DNA from: Chiloscyllium plagiosum | Taxonomy: Eukaryota | Length of the DNA: 64,000 nt | Direction of reading: 5' to 3' | Assembly: GCF_004010195.1 (NCBI RefSeq) | Contig: NC_057718.1 | Coordinates: 8,414,494 to 8,478,493, forward strand | Part shown: one piece after another, positions 1 through 11,906 of the stretch | Layout: each line of letters starts with the position of its first letter | How positions within the stretch are numbered: position 1 is the first letter of the stretch | Translations under genes and position numbers: made by a program | The notes under the pieces: generated by a model | Databases searched by the model: none | What the model was told of the DNA's origin: nothing | Seen by the model: the letters and a program-made list of their open reading frames with translations, nothing else

Positions 1-665
1 GTGGGAGTGGCAGAGTCAGAATCATTGGCGACCTTTAAGCGGCAATTGGATAGGTACATGGATGGGTGCTTAAGCTAGGACAAATGTTCGGCACAACATC
101 GTGGGCCGAAGGGCCTGTTCTGTGCTGTATTGTTCTATGTTCTATGTTCTTTATTGGTCAGAGCATGGAGTATAGGAGATGGGAGGTCATATTGCAGCTG
201 TACAGGACATTGGTTAGGCCACTTTTGGAATATTGCGTGCAATTCTGGTCTCCTTCCTATTGGAAGGATGTTGTGAAATGTAAAAGGGTTCAGAAAAGAT
301 TTACAAGCATGTTGCCAGGGGCATGGATAGGATAAATAGAGAAAAATTTTTCCCTGGAGTGGGGGAGTCCGGAACTAGAGGGTGTAGGTTTAAGTTGAGG
401 GGGTAAGATATAAAAGGGACTTAAGGGGCAACTTTTTCACACTGAGGGTGGTGCGTGTATGGAATGAGCCACCAGAGGAAGTGGTGGAGTCTGGTAGGGT
501 TACAACATTTAAAAGGCATCTGGTTGGGTACATGAATAGGAAGGATTTAGAGGGATTATGGACCAGTTACTGGCAAATAGGGCTAAATTAGTTTAGGATA
601 TCTGGTAGGCATGGACGAGTTGGACTGAAGGGCCTGCTTCCGTGCTGTACATCTCTATGACTCTA
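1..665 (+). mobile_element. CR1 (HER1-like) LINE 3' fragments
   Basis: LYRTLVRPLLEYCVQFWSP..ERVQKRFT CR1 ORF2 tail and (CTATGACT)-type 3' end. Confidence 0.85.
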
Positions 666-1251
666 TTAATCTCAATCTTGAATATAGTCAATAACTGAAC
701 ATCCATGACTCAATGGAATGGGGAATCCCAATGATGTACATCACCCAAGTGAAAAGGTTTCTCCTCATCTCACTCTCAACTAGACAACCATTTTTAAGGT
801 GAGAGGAGAGAGATTTAAAAAAGACATGGGGGCAATTTTTTCACTCAGAAATGAACTTCCTGAGGAAGTGGTGAATGTGAGTGCAGGTACAACATTTAAA
901 AGACTTTTGGATAAGTACATGAATAGGAAAGGTTTGCAGGGATAAGGGCCAGGAGCAGGCAGGTGGGACTAGTTTAGTTTGGGATTATGTTTGGTCTGGA
1001 CTGGTTGGACTGTGGGTCTGTTTCTGTGCTGTAAACTCTGTGACTCTTTTTGTCCTTGAGACTGTGGTCTCTATACAGAGGATTATTATAAACACTCAAG
1101 ATAAAAATTTGCATCTAAAATTGAATTTCAACCTGAATATTGCTGTCACTGCTTGCTTGCGTTTAAGAGAGTGGTGAGCTGCGGAATTCTCTACAACAGA
1201 AAGTGGTTGAGGCAAAAACACGAAGTGTCTTCAGGAAGGAAATACATTGGA

Positions 1252-1443
1252 CAGGCAGTCCCCAAGTTGCAAACAATTCTGTTTTGGAGTCTGTTCACAA
1301 GTTGATTTGCACAAGTCAAAACACAATGCAGGACAATATAAAATAACTGTTCATAAATACAAGAACTAGTTACATGTCAGATCTTTAAAATTACACTCCC
1401 CTATGGGTTCAAATTCATAACAACAAGCCTTTGTAAATTGGGG
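1252..1443. mobile_element. Possible truncated Tigger-like MITE
   Basis: CAGGCAGTCCCCAAGTTGCAAAC left end; only a partial inverted match (TTTGTAAATTGGGGG) on the right. Confidence 0.4.
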
Positions 1444-2214
1444 GCTTAGAGCTAAAGGGATCAAAGAGTATGGGGAGAAAGCAGGGTGCTGAGTTAGATC
1501 ATCAACCATGACCATATTGCATGGCGGAGCAGACTCGGAGGGCTGAATGAAGATTAGACTGATGCTGGAAAAGCATAACAGGTCAGGCAGCATCCAAGGA
1601 ACAGGAAAATCGATGTTTCAGGCAAACGCCCTTCATCAGGAAGGAGGAATGGCAGAGGAGATGAAATGGGGGTTGCAGTGAGAGAGAGACCCACTGAGAT
1701 CGTTGTAGAGAGAGGAGGAGAACTTCCTCAAGGTAGGCATCCTTGCAAGAGGATTCACAGTATCAAAATCAACTAGGCGAAAGTGGGGACTGCAGATGCT
1801 GGAGATCAGAGTCAAAATTAGAGTGGTGCTGGAAAAGCATAACAGGTCAGGCAGCATCCAAGAAGCAGGAAAATTGATGTTTCGGGCAGGAGCCCTTTCG
1901 ATTTTCCTGCTTCTCGGATGCTGCCTGACCTGCTGTGCTTTTCCAGCACCACTCTAATGTTGACTCTGATCTCCAGCATTTGCAGTGCCCACTTTTGCCT
2001 CAAAGGGCTGAATGGCCTTACCCTGCTCCTATTTTCGATGTTTCTCAGTAAGTTTTGTTTCATACTGAAAAAAAAGGCTGTGGATGCTGGAAATCAGAAA
2101 CAAAGGCAAAACTTACTGGAGAAGCTCAACAGGTCTAGCAGCATCTGTGGAGAGAAAGCAGAGTTAATGTTTCAGGCCTAAGGGACCCTTTACCCATTGA
2201 TGCTTTGTTTCATA

Positions 2215-2580
2215 GAGTCATAGAGCACTGAAACATACGCTTCAGTCCAACCAGTCCATGCCAAACATAATCCCAAACTAAACTAGTCCCACCTGCCTGC
2301 TCCTGGTCCATATCCCTCCAAACCTTTCTTGTTCATGTACTTATCCAAATGTCTTTTAAAGGTTGTAAATGAGCCCACATTCACCACTCCCTCAGGAAGT
2401 TCATTTCACACACAAACTACCATTTCTATAAAAATTTACCCCTCGTGTCTTTATTAAATTTCTCTCCTCTCACCTTAGAAATGTGCCCCTGAGTCTTGAA
2501 ACCCTAGGGAAAAGACGACCACCATTATTCCTATCCATACCCTTCATTATATTATAAACTTCTGTAAGGTTGCCTCCTAC
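2215..2580 (-). mobile_element. CR1 LINE 3' fragment
   Basis: Reverse complement of the CR1 3' end seen at 795-1050 and 42460-42700. Confidence 0.75.
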
Positions 2581-3816
2581 ATTCCTGTGAAATGTTTATG
2601 TTCATTAGGGCTAGGTTTGGGAAATGGAATTTGATCCAGTTTTGTTACAGCCCAGAATTTACAGATCAAATAATGCTGCGCGTACTGCTATTGTATCATA
2701 AAAAAAACAATTTCACAGCGAGAAACAGCATGAGTTGCAAACTGCTACAAATTGCGGGACAATTTGTACCACCATGCCATTAGCCCAACAAGAAATGAAG
2801 CTCATTCTTAACCTCTCCACCAGGTTTGGGCAATTACTGCATTTGTCCTGTGGATATCCATTAACTTTATGGCTGGTATTCAATGGCACAAAGATCTTTT
2901 AACAATGAATTACTTATCCCTGCAAATGTCACTCAACCTCTCTGATGCAGAAAGTAACCATTTGAAATTGTACCACCTCATTCAGGTGTAAATTAATCTG
3001 AGAAATTTTGTACATTTGTAATTTACTATATTTTTCTTATTTTTATCACTTGCTTCAATCATTTATTCCCCTTGCTTTATTGCTCTTTCTGTAATTAGCT
3101 TGAATGTAATTAACTTTCCTTCTCCATTATTCCTGTTCTTACTTACTCTTTAAATCTTAATGGGTGAACAAGCTGGAATATTAGTCAGAGTGTGGTGCTG
3201 GAAAAGCACAGCAGGTCAGGCAGCATCCGAGGAGCAGGAAAATCGGCGTTTTCAGAATAAGCTCGTCATCATCCTGATGAAGGCTTGCACTCAAAACATC
3301 GATTCTCCTGTTCCTCAGATGCTACCTGACTGGCTGTGCTTTTCCAGCACTACACTCCCGACTCTGATCTCCAGCATCTGCAGCCCTCACTTTCTCCAAG
3401 AATAAGAGCCTACTCAATCACCAAGTGCCCTGATGCCTCATTGTCCCCATTATCAGTTCATACTTCCAGCAGTGGATGGTGCAAAAAAATCAAGGTTTTT
3501 GAGGTGAAAGATATGGGTAAATTCTAGAAAAGCAGAATGTCAGGAGATGTCTCAGATTCTTGGGGTCCATGTGTCATGAACATGGTAACTTACTCATGTG
3601 GGCACTTACTGAATTCAATATTCCTTTGCTTTGAAGTGAATACTCTTTCAGGAATGCCAGAGGAATCACAATCACAAGCAAAAATAGAGAAATAAATTAC
3701 AATGTCATAAAACAGGACTCTCAGAGGGATTCTTAATCCAAATATGCCCCCATTATCTCTCCATCTCAGAAGAGCATCCGCCATTACATTAGTATTACAA
3801 TGTTCCAGCCCCAGTT

Positions 3817-4120
3817 GGGCGGCACGGTGGCTCAGTGGTCAGCACTGCTGCCTCACAGCACCAGGGTCCCAGATTCAATTCCAGCCATGGGCAACTGTCT
3901 GTGTGGAGTTTGCACCTTCTCCCCGTGTCTGCGTGGGTTTCCTCCCACAGTCCAAAAATGTGCAGGTTAGGTGAATTGGCCATGCTGAAAAATTGCCCAT
4001 AGTGTCAGGTGCATTAGTCAGAGGGAAATGGGTCTGGGTGGGTTACTCTTCAGGGGGTCGGTGTGGACTGGTTGGGCCGAAGAGCCTGTTTCCACACTGT
4101 AGGGAATCTAATAATCTAAA
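3817..4120 (+). mobile_element. HE1-like tRNA-derived SINE
   Basis: GGGCGGCACGGTGGCTCAGTGG (A box) ..GATTCAATTCC (B box), conserved core, CR1-like tail AATCTAAT. Confidence 0.88.
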
Positions 4121-4713
4121 AAAAAGTACCAGCCATTGCATGGCCTCTTTGAGTGCGATTGCCAACATAATGCCACATTGTTCTTCTTTAAAGGGAGCTT
4201 TAACTTATTTATGTGGAAATTCTACCTATTAACAGCAGCATTTATTTTGAAATCAAACAAGGGTAACCTCTGACTGATGCCTGGGAATAGATTACTGGCC
4301 TCAGCATACTGAATGAGTCAAACCGGTTAAGTTAGTAAAGTGTCTTCAAGTTGCTTGTGGCTCATCATGATCCCATGGTTAACTTGAGCTATCTTTTTCA
4401 TTGTGTGGTTGGGGTGAGGGAGGAGTTGTATTAATTCTATTTGTTTTTTCTTCCCTCTTGTACTCCAGAACTCCAAGGAGATATTGCTTAACGAATAGCA
4501 ACTTTGTGCACAGGAGATTCTGTCCAGCCAATGGGTGTTTGAACATGGAGACAGCATCACCTTGACTGAGCCAGACTTTTACTACAGGCTGCCTCTGGGC
4601 TGGAAGGTTCCAACTGGGTGAATGTGAGGACTGCAGATGCTGGAGATCAGACTCAAGATCAGAGTGGTGCTGGAAAAGCACAGCAGGTCAGGCAGCATCC
4701 GAGGAGCAGGAAA

Positions 4714-4748
4714 ATCGACGTTTCGAGCAAAAGCCCTTCATCAGGAAT
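4714..4748 (-). ncRNA. Minimal hammerhead ribozyme motif (Penelope family A)
   Basis: ttc-CTGATGA-a-gggc-tttt-gctc-GAAAC-GTC-ga. Confidence 0.65.
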
Positions 4749-5074
4749 GAGGGCTCCTGCCCGATGAAGGGCATTCGTGATGAAGGGCTTCTGCCTGAAA
4801 CGTCAATTTTCCTGCTCCTTGGATGCTGCCTGACCTGCTGTGCTTTTCCAGCATCACTCTAATCTTGACTCTGGAAGGTTCCAATCCCACAGCCTTTGAA
4901 CACAAACTGGAGTTCCATATGTGAAATGTTTCACAAACACTTTTAAAATATTGTCGCAAGCCTTTTCTTTGGATCACAGAGTAACAGAAAGAATCCTCTG
5001 AGGTCCTTACAAACACTGTCTGATGCTGATACTGCTGCCTTATTCCCAGTCACTAGTCCACATATGGAACTTTT

Positions 5075-5408
5075 TTTTATTCATTCATGGGATGTGGTCA
5101 TCTCTGGTGAGGCCAGCATTTATTGCCCATCCCTAATTGCCCAGAGGGCAGTTAAGAGTCAACCACGTTGCTGTGGGTCTGGAGTCACATTTGAACCAGA
5201 CCAGGTAAGGATGGTAGTTTCCTTCCCTAAAGGAAATTAGTGACCTAGAGGGGTTTTTCCTAACAATCGATGTGGATTCATAGTCATTAAAGACACTTAA
5301 CTCAAGATATTTATTAAATCCTAATTCCACTGTCTACCATGGTGGTATTCAAACCCAGGTCCCAGAGCGTTACCTGGGTCTCAGCAATAATACCACTAGG
5401 CCATCACG
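5075..5408 (-). mobile_element. Second tRNA-derived SINE family with an L2-like tail (also ~7130-7500, ~47870-48210, 55697-55945 plus 58695-58770)
   Basis: Shared GTGACTCCAGACCCA..GGGCAATAAATGCTGGC tail and GGTTCAAATCCC B box across copies. Confidence 0.7.
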
Positions 5409-6051
5409 TCTCTTTAATATTATGCACACACATGATCTGACTTCATTTTGTTAAGAGAATTTTATCAGTACTAATCCCAAACTCTACCCGGGTTGACACT
5501 CTTCGAACTATTTTCCTGACTGCTTATTGTAAATTGATGATTTTTAAAAATGTTGTAGCTTTTCAAAAGTGAAAAATGACTGGCAGTCTGAAACTTGAGT
5601 ATTTCACTCATCAGGACATAATTGCAAGAATGCCAAATGCCAAACAGAGCAACAGTGTCCACTGCATGAGAAAAAGGATACTAATTGGTTGGAAAGTCAA
5701 CTCTGACTGGTCACGGGCATTGCATGGATAATGTACCAGGGGAACTACAAATTATCATCTTCTGACAATAGATGTCTATTTGAAGGGGAAAGGAGATTGC
5801 TAATGTTCCCAATTCCTGATGAAAATTATAGAGTCATGCAACATAAAAAGAGGCTGGACAGCCCACTTAATCTGTGCTGTGCTATCCAAACAGTCACACC
5901 CCTTCCCAGCCTTTTTCACATCGTCCTGAAAATGTTTCCTTTTCAAGTACATGAAGGTGTTTTCAATTGCATCTCTTCAGTTAATTGCCACATAGGAGGC
6001 TTGTTGATGCTGGTGAGACCGTGGCATGGATGTGGACTGGTAGTGGGCTCA

Positions 6052-6422
6052 TCACGGGCTGGTCAAGTTACCCAGTCTCCTGCAAAGGAGCTCAAAGACG
6101 TTTGCAGTACACAGCAGAAAAATGATAGCAATGAAGCTGTATATGGCACTGAGGGGTATGGTCTTCTCAAAGTGCTCAGAGACCATACACTTGGTGACGT
6201 TAAAATGCTTGTCAAGGGATGAGGCATTGCACCGGAAGTTCCACCTGAACTGGAACCCAAAAAGATGACTGAAGCCGGTGCCTTGAAGATCATCCTAGAC
6301 AGGACAGATGCAGGAGATGGTAGAGGCTGGCCTCTGGAGGATCAGTGATGTGGCAAGCAGCGTGGAGATGCAAAACTACTCTGAGGAATAGAACAGAGAC
6401 CAGCCATAAAGCCCAAAAACAC
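6052..6422 (-). pseudogene. GJE1: Connexin 23 (GJE1) pseudogene, coding exon 3
   Basis: After the ttttgcccag acceptor: ..FWALWLVSVLFLRVVLHLHAAC / frameshift / ILQRP..TAG.. SHLFGFQFRWNFRCNASSLDKHFNVTKCMVSEHFEKTIPLSAIYSFIAIIFLLCTANVFELLCRRLGNLTSP*. Matches GJE1 motifs VFWALQLV, HLYAAC, ILQKP, HLFGFQ and KCMVPEHFEKTI. Confidence 0.92.
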
Positions 6423-6739
6423 CTGGGCAAAAGATTTTAAAGAATCATTTGGGTTTTTTTTTAACCAAAAACTTGTGGAGTTTTCCAGCTCCACTACACA
6501 TACAAAAACTGAGCAAAGAGAATTCAATCGATGGATATTCACAAAACTAAGTAATGACAGACATTGACACTGGCATGGGTAAGGGGAGAAAGTCAGGAAC
6601 TGAGGACTGAGTTATCTGATCAGCTTTGATCATACCGAATGTGATGGTAGGCTTGAAGGGCTAACTCCAGCTTTATTTGTGTTTAATAGAACTTCAGGAA
6701 TGAAGAAGGGCTTATGCCCGAAACGTCGATTCTCCTGTT

Positions 6740-7015
6740 CCATTCAGCCCACTGAGTCCACACCAACCTTCCGAAGGCAATCCTACCCAGAGTCACCCTA
6801 TACCTTTGACCACTAACCCACCTAGCCTGCACATCCCTGAACACTATGGACAATTTTAGCATGCCTAATCCACCAGGATGCACATCTTTCGATTGAGAGA
6901 GGAAACACGCGGGCATGTGCAAACTCCACACAGGCAGTCCCCTGAGGCCGGTATTGAACCCAGGCCCCTGGTGCTGGGAGGCAGAAGTGCTAACCACTGA
7001 ATCACTCTGCCACCT
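6740..7015 (-). mobile_element. HE1-like SINE
   Basis: Reverse complement of the 3817 family. Confidence 0.8.
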
Positions 7016-7614
7016 CTTCTATTAGCGCAATTCAAGTACTTTGAGCCATTCGTAATTACTCTAAACCAGTAAAATCCACATAAATGTAATCCTGCTTAGA
7101 ACTTTTCTTTTAATTGGGATTACTGTAAGCTTATGTTACTGGACCAGCAATCCAGAGAGCTGGACAAATGATCTAGAGACATGAGTTCAAATTGCACCAC
7201 AGCTGCTGGGGACTTTCAATGCAATTGGTTAAATAAACCTGGACTAAAAGGCTAATGTTGGGAAATAGAGACCATGAAAGAAGCAGATGCCATAAAAGAC
7301 TAGTTCCCAAAACCCTCTGTCCTTCCCCAGTCAAGTTTATATGTGGCCCCATACCTACAATGATAAGAGTCACTTCTAACTGCTCTCTGTAACAGTTGAG
7401 TAAAGCCTTCAGTTCAGTGACTGATTCACCTCTAACTCCTCAAGAGTAATTAGAGATGGCCAATAAACAAGGGCCTGGTCAACAATGCATGCTTCCCACA
7501 AGTGACCAGACCAACTGTTTTGAGAAGCAATATAAGTTGAAATGACAACTTAGCTCCAATCTGTGGAGACTTCCTGAGGTTGTACAGGGAAAAGAAAGAC
7601 TCACATTTACATGG

Positions 7615-8400
7615 CCAGAGTCAGATGACACCTGGTTATAGTCCAACAGGTTTATTTGAAATCACAAGTTTTCGGAGTGCGGCTCCTTCATCAGGTAAAG
7701 TGAAGAGAAACATACTGGCACAGAATTTGTAGGCAGAGACAATAAAATATCATGTACGTGGTGTGAATGGAGTGTCGCCAGGCTGAATAACAAGAACATG
7801 TAGGTGTCAGATGATGTGAGCTGAAAATGTGTTGCTGGAAAAGCGCAGCAGGTCAGGCAGCATCCAGGGAACAGGAGAATCGACGTTTCGGGCATAAGCC
7901 CTTCTTCAGATGATGTGAGTAAAATGTCATCAGCTGAAGGGATTAGTAGCAAGTGAATGGGTGACCTATGATCTGAATAATTGAGGCAGAGAGATAATTA
8001 GAAAAAATGTAAAACAAGGTGGTGCTGGAGACAAACCAAATGGCTGAAATAACATAGTAGGTGTAAGAGTCACAGGCTGAGGGTCTAACCAAAATAACAG
8101 GTAACCCAAGACTGTACAAACTAATTACGGTATAGAGATCATAACAAGTTATCAAGGTGATGGTGTCACTTATTATTCAGCCTTTTGACATTCCAATCAC
8201 ACCATTTGTACCATCTTTTGAGCTCTCTGTTTATGAATTCTGTCCAAGTATACTTCTCTTCACTTCACCTGACGAAGACACAACACTCCGAAAACTTGTG
8301 ATTACAAATAAACCTGTTGGACTATAACCTGGTGCCGTGTGACCTCTGACCTTGTCCACCCAAGTCCAACATTGGTACCTCCACATCATCACATCTTCCA
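7615..8400. mobile_element. Penelope family C fold-back element (similar ones at ~33935-34380, ~35450-36480, ~52376-52750, ~61545-61685)
   Basis: Inverted termini GGTTATAGTCCAACAGGTTTATTT / AAATAAACCTGTTGGACTATAACC; body homologous to 24160-24600. Confidence 0.78.
7878..7910 (-). ncRNA. Minimal hammerhead ribozyme core (family A)
   Basis: CTGAAGA-a-gggc-ttat-gccc-GAAAC-GTC. Confidence 0.6.
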
Positions 8401-8637
8401 TGATCTCAGGGAATTCCAAAGTGCTTACAGCCAATAATATAACATTTCACATGCTGTTGTGGTGGAAACTTATGGAAATGAAAATGTCAATTTGTGCACA
8501 GCATGCTCCAAAATATGTTTAAAAAAACGCACATCTCTAAGAAGTATCGCTTTATGGATGCACCTACTATGACTCTTCAGCAGTGCGCTCAGATCTTTTA
8601 CATTTGCCTGAGAGTGTAGATGGGGACTTGGTTAATC

Positions 8638-8950
8638 ACAGAATCCCTATAATATGGAAGCAGGCCATTCAGCCCATGCTGACCCTCCAAAGAACATGCT
8701 ACCCAGACCCACCCAATCCTTATAACCCTGCATTTCCCATGGTTAATCCACACCTCCCTGGACAGAATGGGCAATTTAGCATGGTCAATCCACCTAACCT
8801 GCACATCTTGGACTCTGAAGGAAACTGGAGGAAACCCACGCAGACACGGGGAGAATGTGCAAGCTCTGCACAGACAGCCACCCAAGGCTGGGATTGAACC
8901 TGGGTCCCTGGCGCTGTGAGGCAGCAGTGCTAACCACTGAGTGTCCGTGC
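8638..8950 (-). mobile_element. HE1-like SINE
   Basis: Reverse complement of the 3817 family. Confidence 0.82.
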
Positions 8951-10081
8951 CATTTCTTTTTCACTCTGAGGTCTTTAAAGGTCTGCTACATAAAGTGGCA
9001 TCTCCCACAATGCAGCATTCCAACAGCTAATATATACCGGTGTGTTAATTCAGATCACTTATAAACCCCAACTACAACAAGATGTTACTTAGACACTGAG
9101 TGAAGCTGCCGGCCTAATAAATCAGTGGGCATGAACTCCTAAACCAGGGGTACAAGTTCAGACTTGTTCCCTTCACTGTCATGGAGTCTAAATCCTGGAG
9201 CTCCCTCCCTAACAGCAATGAGGGTGTCTCAGCACCAAATGGACCGGAACGTTCAAGGTGGCTATTCAAGGGCAACTGGGGATGGGCACTAACTGCAGGT
9301 TCAGTCAGCGATGCTGACATGCCTTGAATGAATTTTTTAAAAGATACTGGTAGTTGATTTAAAAACGACAATGAAACTGTTGAATTCACAAAGGAATTTG
9401 TAAACAAATATTTTGTAAAGAAGAAACAAATATCCTTCAGGAAAGGCATATAATGTAATTTTGTCTGACCACTATGTGGCTCCAATCTCCACATTGATCC
9501 TGTTGACTCTTAACTGTGGTTGAGCAATCTATACAATATTGAAATAAAGTCAGAGAATGCTGGAGAGACTCAGCAACATCCTGTAGGGAGAGAGATGGAT
9601 TTAACATTTTGACTTCAATGTAAGTCAAACATTGAGTGCCCAGTTCTGAAGAAGGGTCATATCAGACTTAACATGTTGACTCTGTTTCTCTCTCCATAGA
9701 TGTTGACTGACCTGCTGAGTTTCTCCAGCATTCTCTGTGCTTGCTTCAGATATTGCCTTTATTTAAAAGAGAGAAAATAAGAAGTGGAAGCAGTAGACCA
9801 TTCAGCCCCTCAAGTCTGTTCCATCATTTAATACAATCATGACTGATCTCACCTTAGTATCAACTCCACTTTCCTGCCCATTCCCATCAACCCATTATTA
9901 ACTAAACATCTACTCCTTCCTTAAAATTAATCAGTGAATAGGATTAAAAGAGGATTAAGTGCCCACATCTTAAACGTGGAAAACAAACAGGTTATAAAAT
10001 TCATAGAGGGAGCAAACCACCACACAAGGTATATTTAGTCTTTAATAACACACATTGTAAATCTGATTCATCGCCTTTAAC

Positions 10082-10266
10082 CGGGGGAAGGTGATAGGCT
10101 GGAAATGATTGTAACAGAAGAGGTTTAACTGTTTCCTGTCTGGATCACAGTTGAAATAGAGAGCTTCAATCCTGTACACAGCAAACCTCAGCACCCCCAG
10201 GAAGAACATCAGAACTGAGCCACCAAACAGGGTACAGAACTGGCCAATCGCTGTTAGAGGCCTGAG
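10082..10266 (-). pseudogene. GJE1: Connexin 23 (GJE1) pseudogene, coding exon 2
   Basis: After the ttgtttag acceptor it translates as LRPLTAIGQFCTLFGGSVLMFFLGVLRFAVYRIEALYFNCDPDRKQLNLFCYNHFQPITFP, colinear with GJE1 (..PPTVIGQFHTLFFGSVRMFFLGVLGFAVYGNEALHFSCDPDKREINLFCYNQFRPITPQ). The donor (GTTAAA) is weak and 2 nt past the expected boundary. Confidence 0.92.
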
Positions 10267-10319
10267 CTAAACAAGGAGATGGAAACAGCTACGTTACAGA
10301 ATTTACTTTCACAAAACTA

Positions 10320-11062
10320 TGTTACAACATGGGGTAAACCCTTTTGCTAATTTAAACCAGCAAAACTGAAAAGATTTGACCCAGTGCGGCCATCTGTTAA
10401 AATTCGAGAGGCAAGAACTATCCCAGCGGCAAATATTTAAAGTAAAAATTAACAACTTTATTCTGTAAGTTTAACAGAGAATATTAACTAACAACTATCT
10501 ACAACTCCTTTCTCTTAAACCTATCTTTTACCTCCCACTCTACAATACTAGTCCAATAAAAAATCCCAATTACAATTTACGAAAAATAATCACTTTTCAA
10601 AACTAATCAGAATTTATGTGCAAGGTTACTGAATGAAACACAAACAAATGAAAAACAGAATACAGAATAACTTAATGTATCCAAAAACCTAACAGATTTT
10701 CCCAACCTAATGATGCTATTCCAAATACTTATGATAATCCCCATAAACCCTCGGCAAAAAAAGGAAAAATCCAACATAGGGTCTTGCAAGAGAGATATCG
10801 GAGAGAGGGAGGACCAGCGTGGGCTGGCTTCTTTGGTTCCAGCAGCTTCAGAACTGACTGTTTGCTAATGCCAAACCAAACCAGAGAAAGGCTGAGCTGG
10901 GAGGACTGGCCATTCACCTTTCATTGTACAATGCCTTTTTTAAAACTTAAGAGCCTTTTCAAGTGGATCAAACCCAGACATTTTGGAACCTGTGTCTTTG
11001 CAACCTCCTTAAAAAAGAAACCAAGGACAACATAACCTTGGTAAAGGAGCATCATCATCACA
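10320..11062 (-). mobile_element. Solo LTR related to the Gmr1-like LTRs, in GJE1 intron 1
   Basis: Starts TGTTACAACATGGGGTAAACCC and shares blocks (AAAGTAAAAATTAACAA..ACAGAGAAT..TAACTAAC) with 15737 and 18405; ends ..CATCACA; no internal genes. Confidence 0.75.
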
Positions 11063-11212
11063 ATTGTGATCATCATTGAGAGAGGAGACAGGTCGGACTG
11101 TGGAAACTCCAGAGGAATTTCCCATCATCCACCACGGGTATGGTCATCGTGAGCATCCTGTTCAACCATCTCCTCCCAGGAGCTGAAAAGCTTCTCCCCG
11201 AGTATCAACGTA

Positions 11213-11800
11213 ATTCTTTGAAGGTTGCATCGCATGTAGACAGGATAGTTGAGAAGGTATTTAGCATGCTTGCCTTCATTGCTCAGACCTTTGAGTAAAG
11301 GAGTTGGGACGGTACATTGAAGTGGTGCAGGACACCATGGTGAGGTCTCTTCTGGAGTACTGTGTACAGTTCCGGTTGCCCTACTATAGGAAGGTTATTA
11401 TTAAATTGGAGGGGGCTCAGAAAAGATTTACCAGGATGTTGCCGGGAATGAAGTGTTTAAATTATAAGGATAGGCTCGATGGGCCGGGATGTTTTTCATT
11501 GGAGCGTCGTAGTTTGAGGGGTGACCTTATGAAGGTTGATAAAATCATGAGTTTTAAAAGGGGCCTGAGGGGCAACCTTTTCACACAAATGATGGTTCAC
11601 ATGTGGAATGAACTGCCAGAGGAAGCGGTAGATTCAGGAACAGTTAAAACATTGGAAACAAATTTGGATAGGTACATGAATAGGAAAGGTTTGAGGAGAT
11701 ATGAGCCAAACACAGGAAAGTGAGGCTAGTTTGGGAAACTCAGTCAGCATGTACGAATTGGACCGAATGGCCTGTTTCCACACTGTGAGACTCTCTAAAG
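11213..11800 (+). mobile_element. CR1 LINE 3' fragment in GJE1 intron 1
   Basis: ORF 11304-11723 (LEYCVQF..QKRFTRMLPG..RGDL..WNELPEE). Confidence 0.85.
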
Positions 11801-11867
11801 AGGAACAATGGACATGAACTAATGGGTATTGAAGGCATTTGATATGCCAGTTGTTTTTCATACTTAC

Positions 11868-11906
11868 ACATCCTTCATAGAAATTTCAGATTTATTTCAA
11901 GAGCAT
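11868..11906 (-). pseudogene. GJE1: Connexin 23 (GJE1) pseudogene, coding exon 1
   Basis: Minus strand reads ATG CTC TTG AAA TAA ATC TGA AAT TTC TAT GAA GGA TGT|gtaagta = MLLK*I*NFYEGC, matching the GJE1 N-terminus MSLNYIKNFYEGC (recalled from the mammalian protein). Canonical donor, two in-frame stops. Confidence 0.9.

Noticed and set aside
1366..3405. Recurrent short ORFs such as MLPDLLCFSS... and EKHSRSGSI...
   Set aside because: Translations of the non-coding Penelope terminal repeat, not genes.
3590..3784. Minus-strand 64-aa ORF ending near GTAAGT (possible VTA1 or other exon)
   Set aside because: No similarity that I can recognise to VTA1 or other proteins; a donor-like hexamer alone is insufficient.
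3817..3890. tRNA gene
   Set aside because: A/B boxes belong to SINE heads followed by SINE body; no complete cloverleaf.
5731..6222. 163-aa plus-strand ORF
   Set aside because: Largely the antisense shadow of GJE1 exon 3; no recognisable protein.
6063..6542. Minus-strand ORFs 6063-6293 and 6342-6542 as independent genes
   Set aside because: Out-of-frame readings across the frameshifted GJE1 exon 3.
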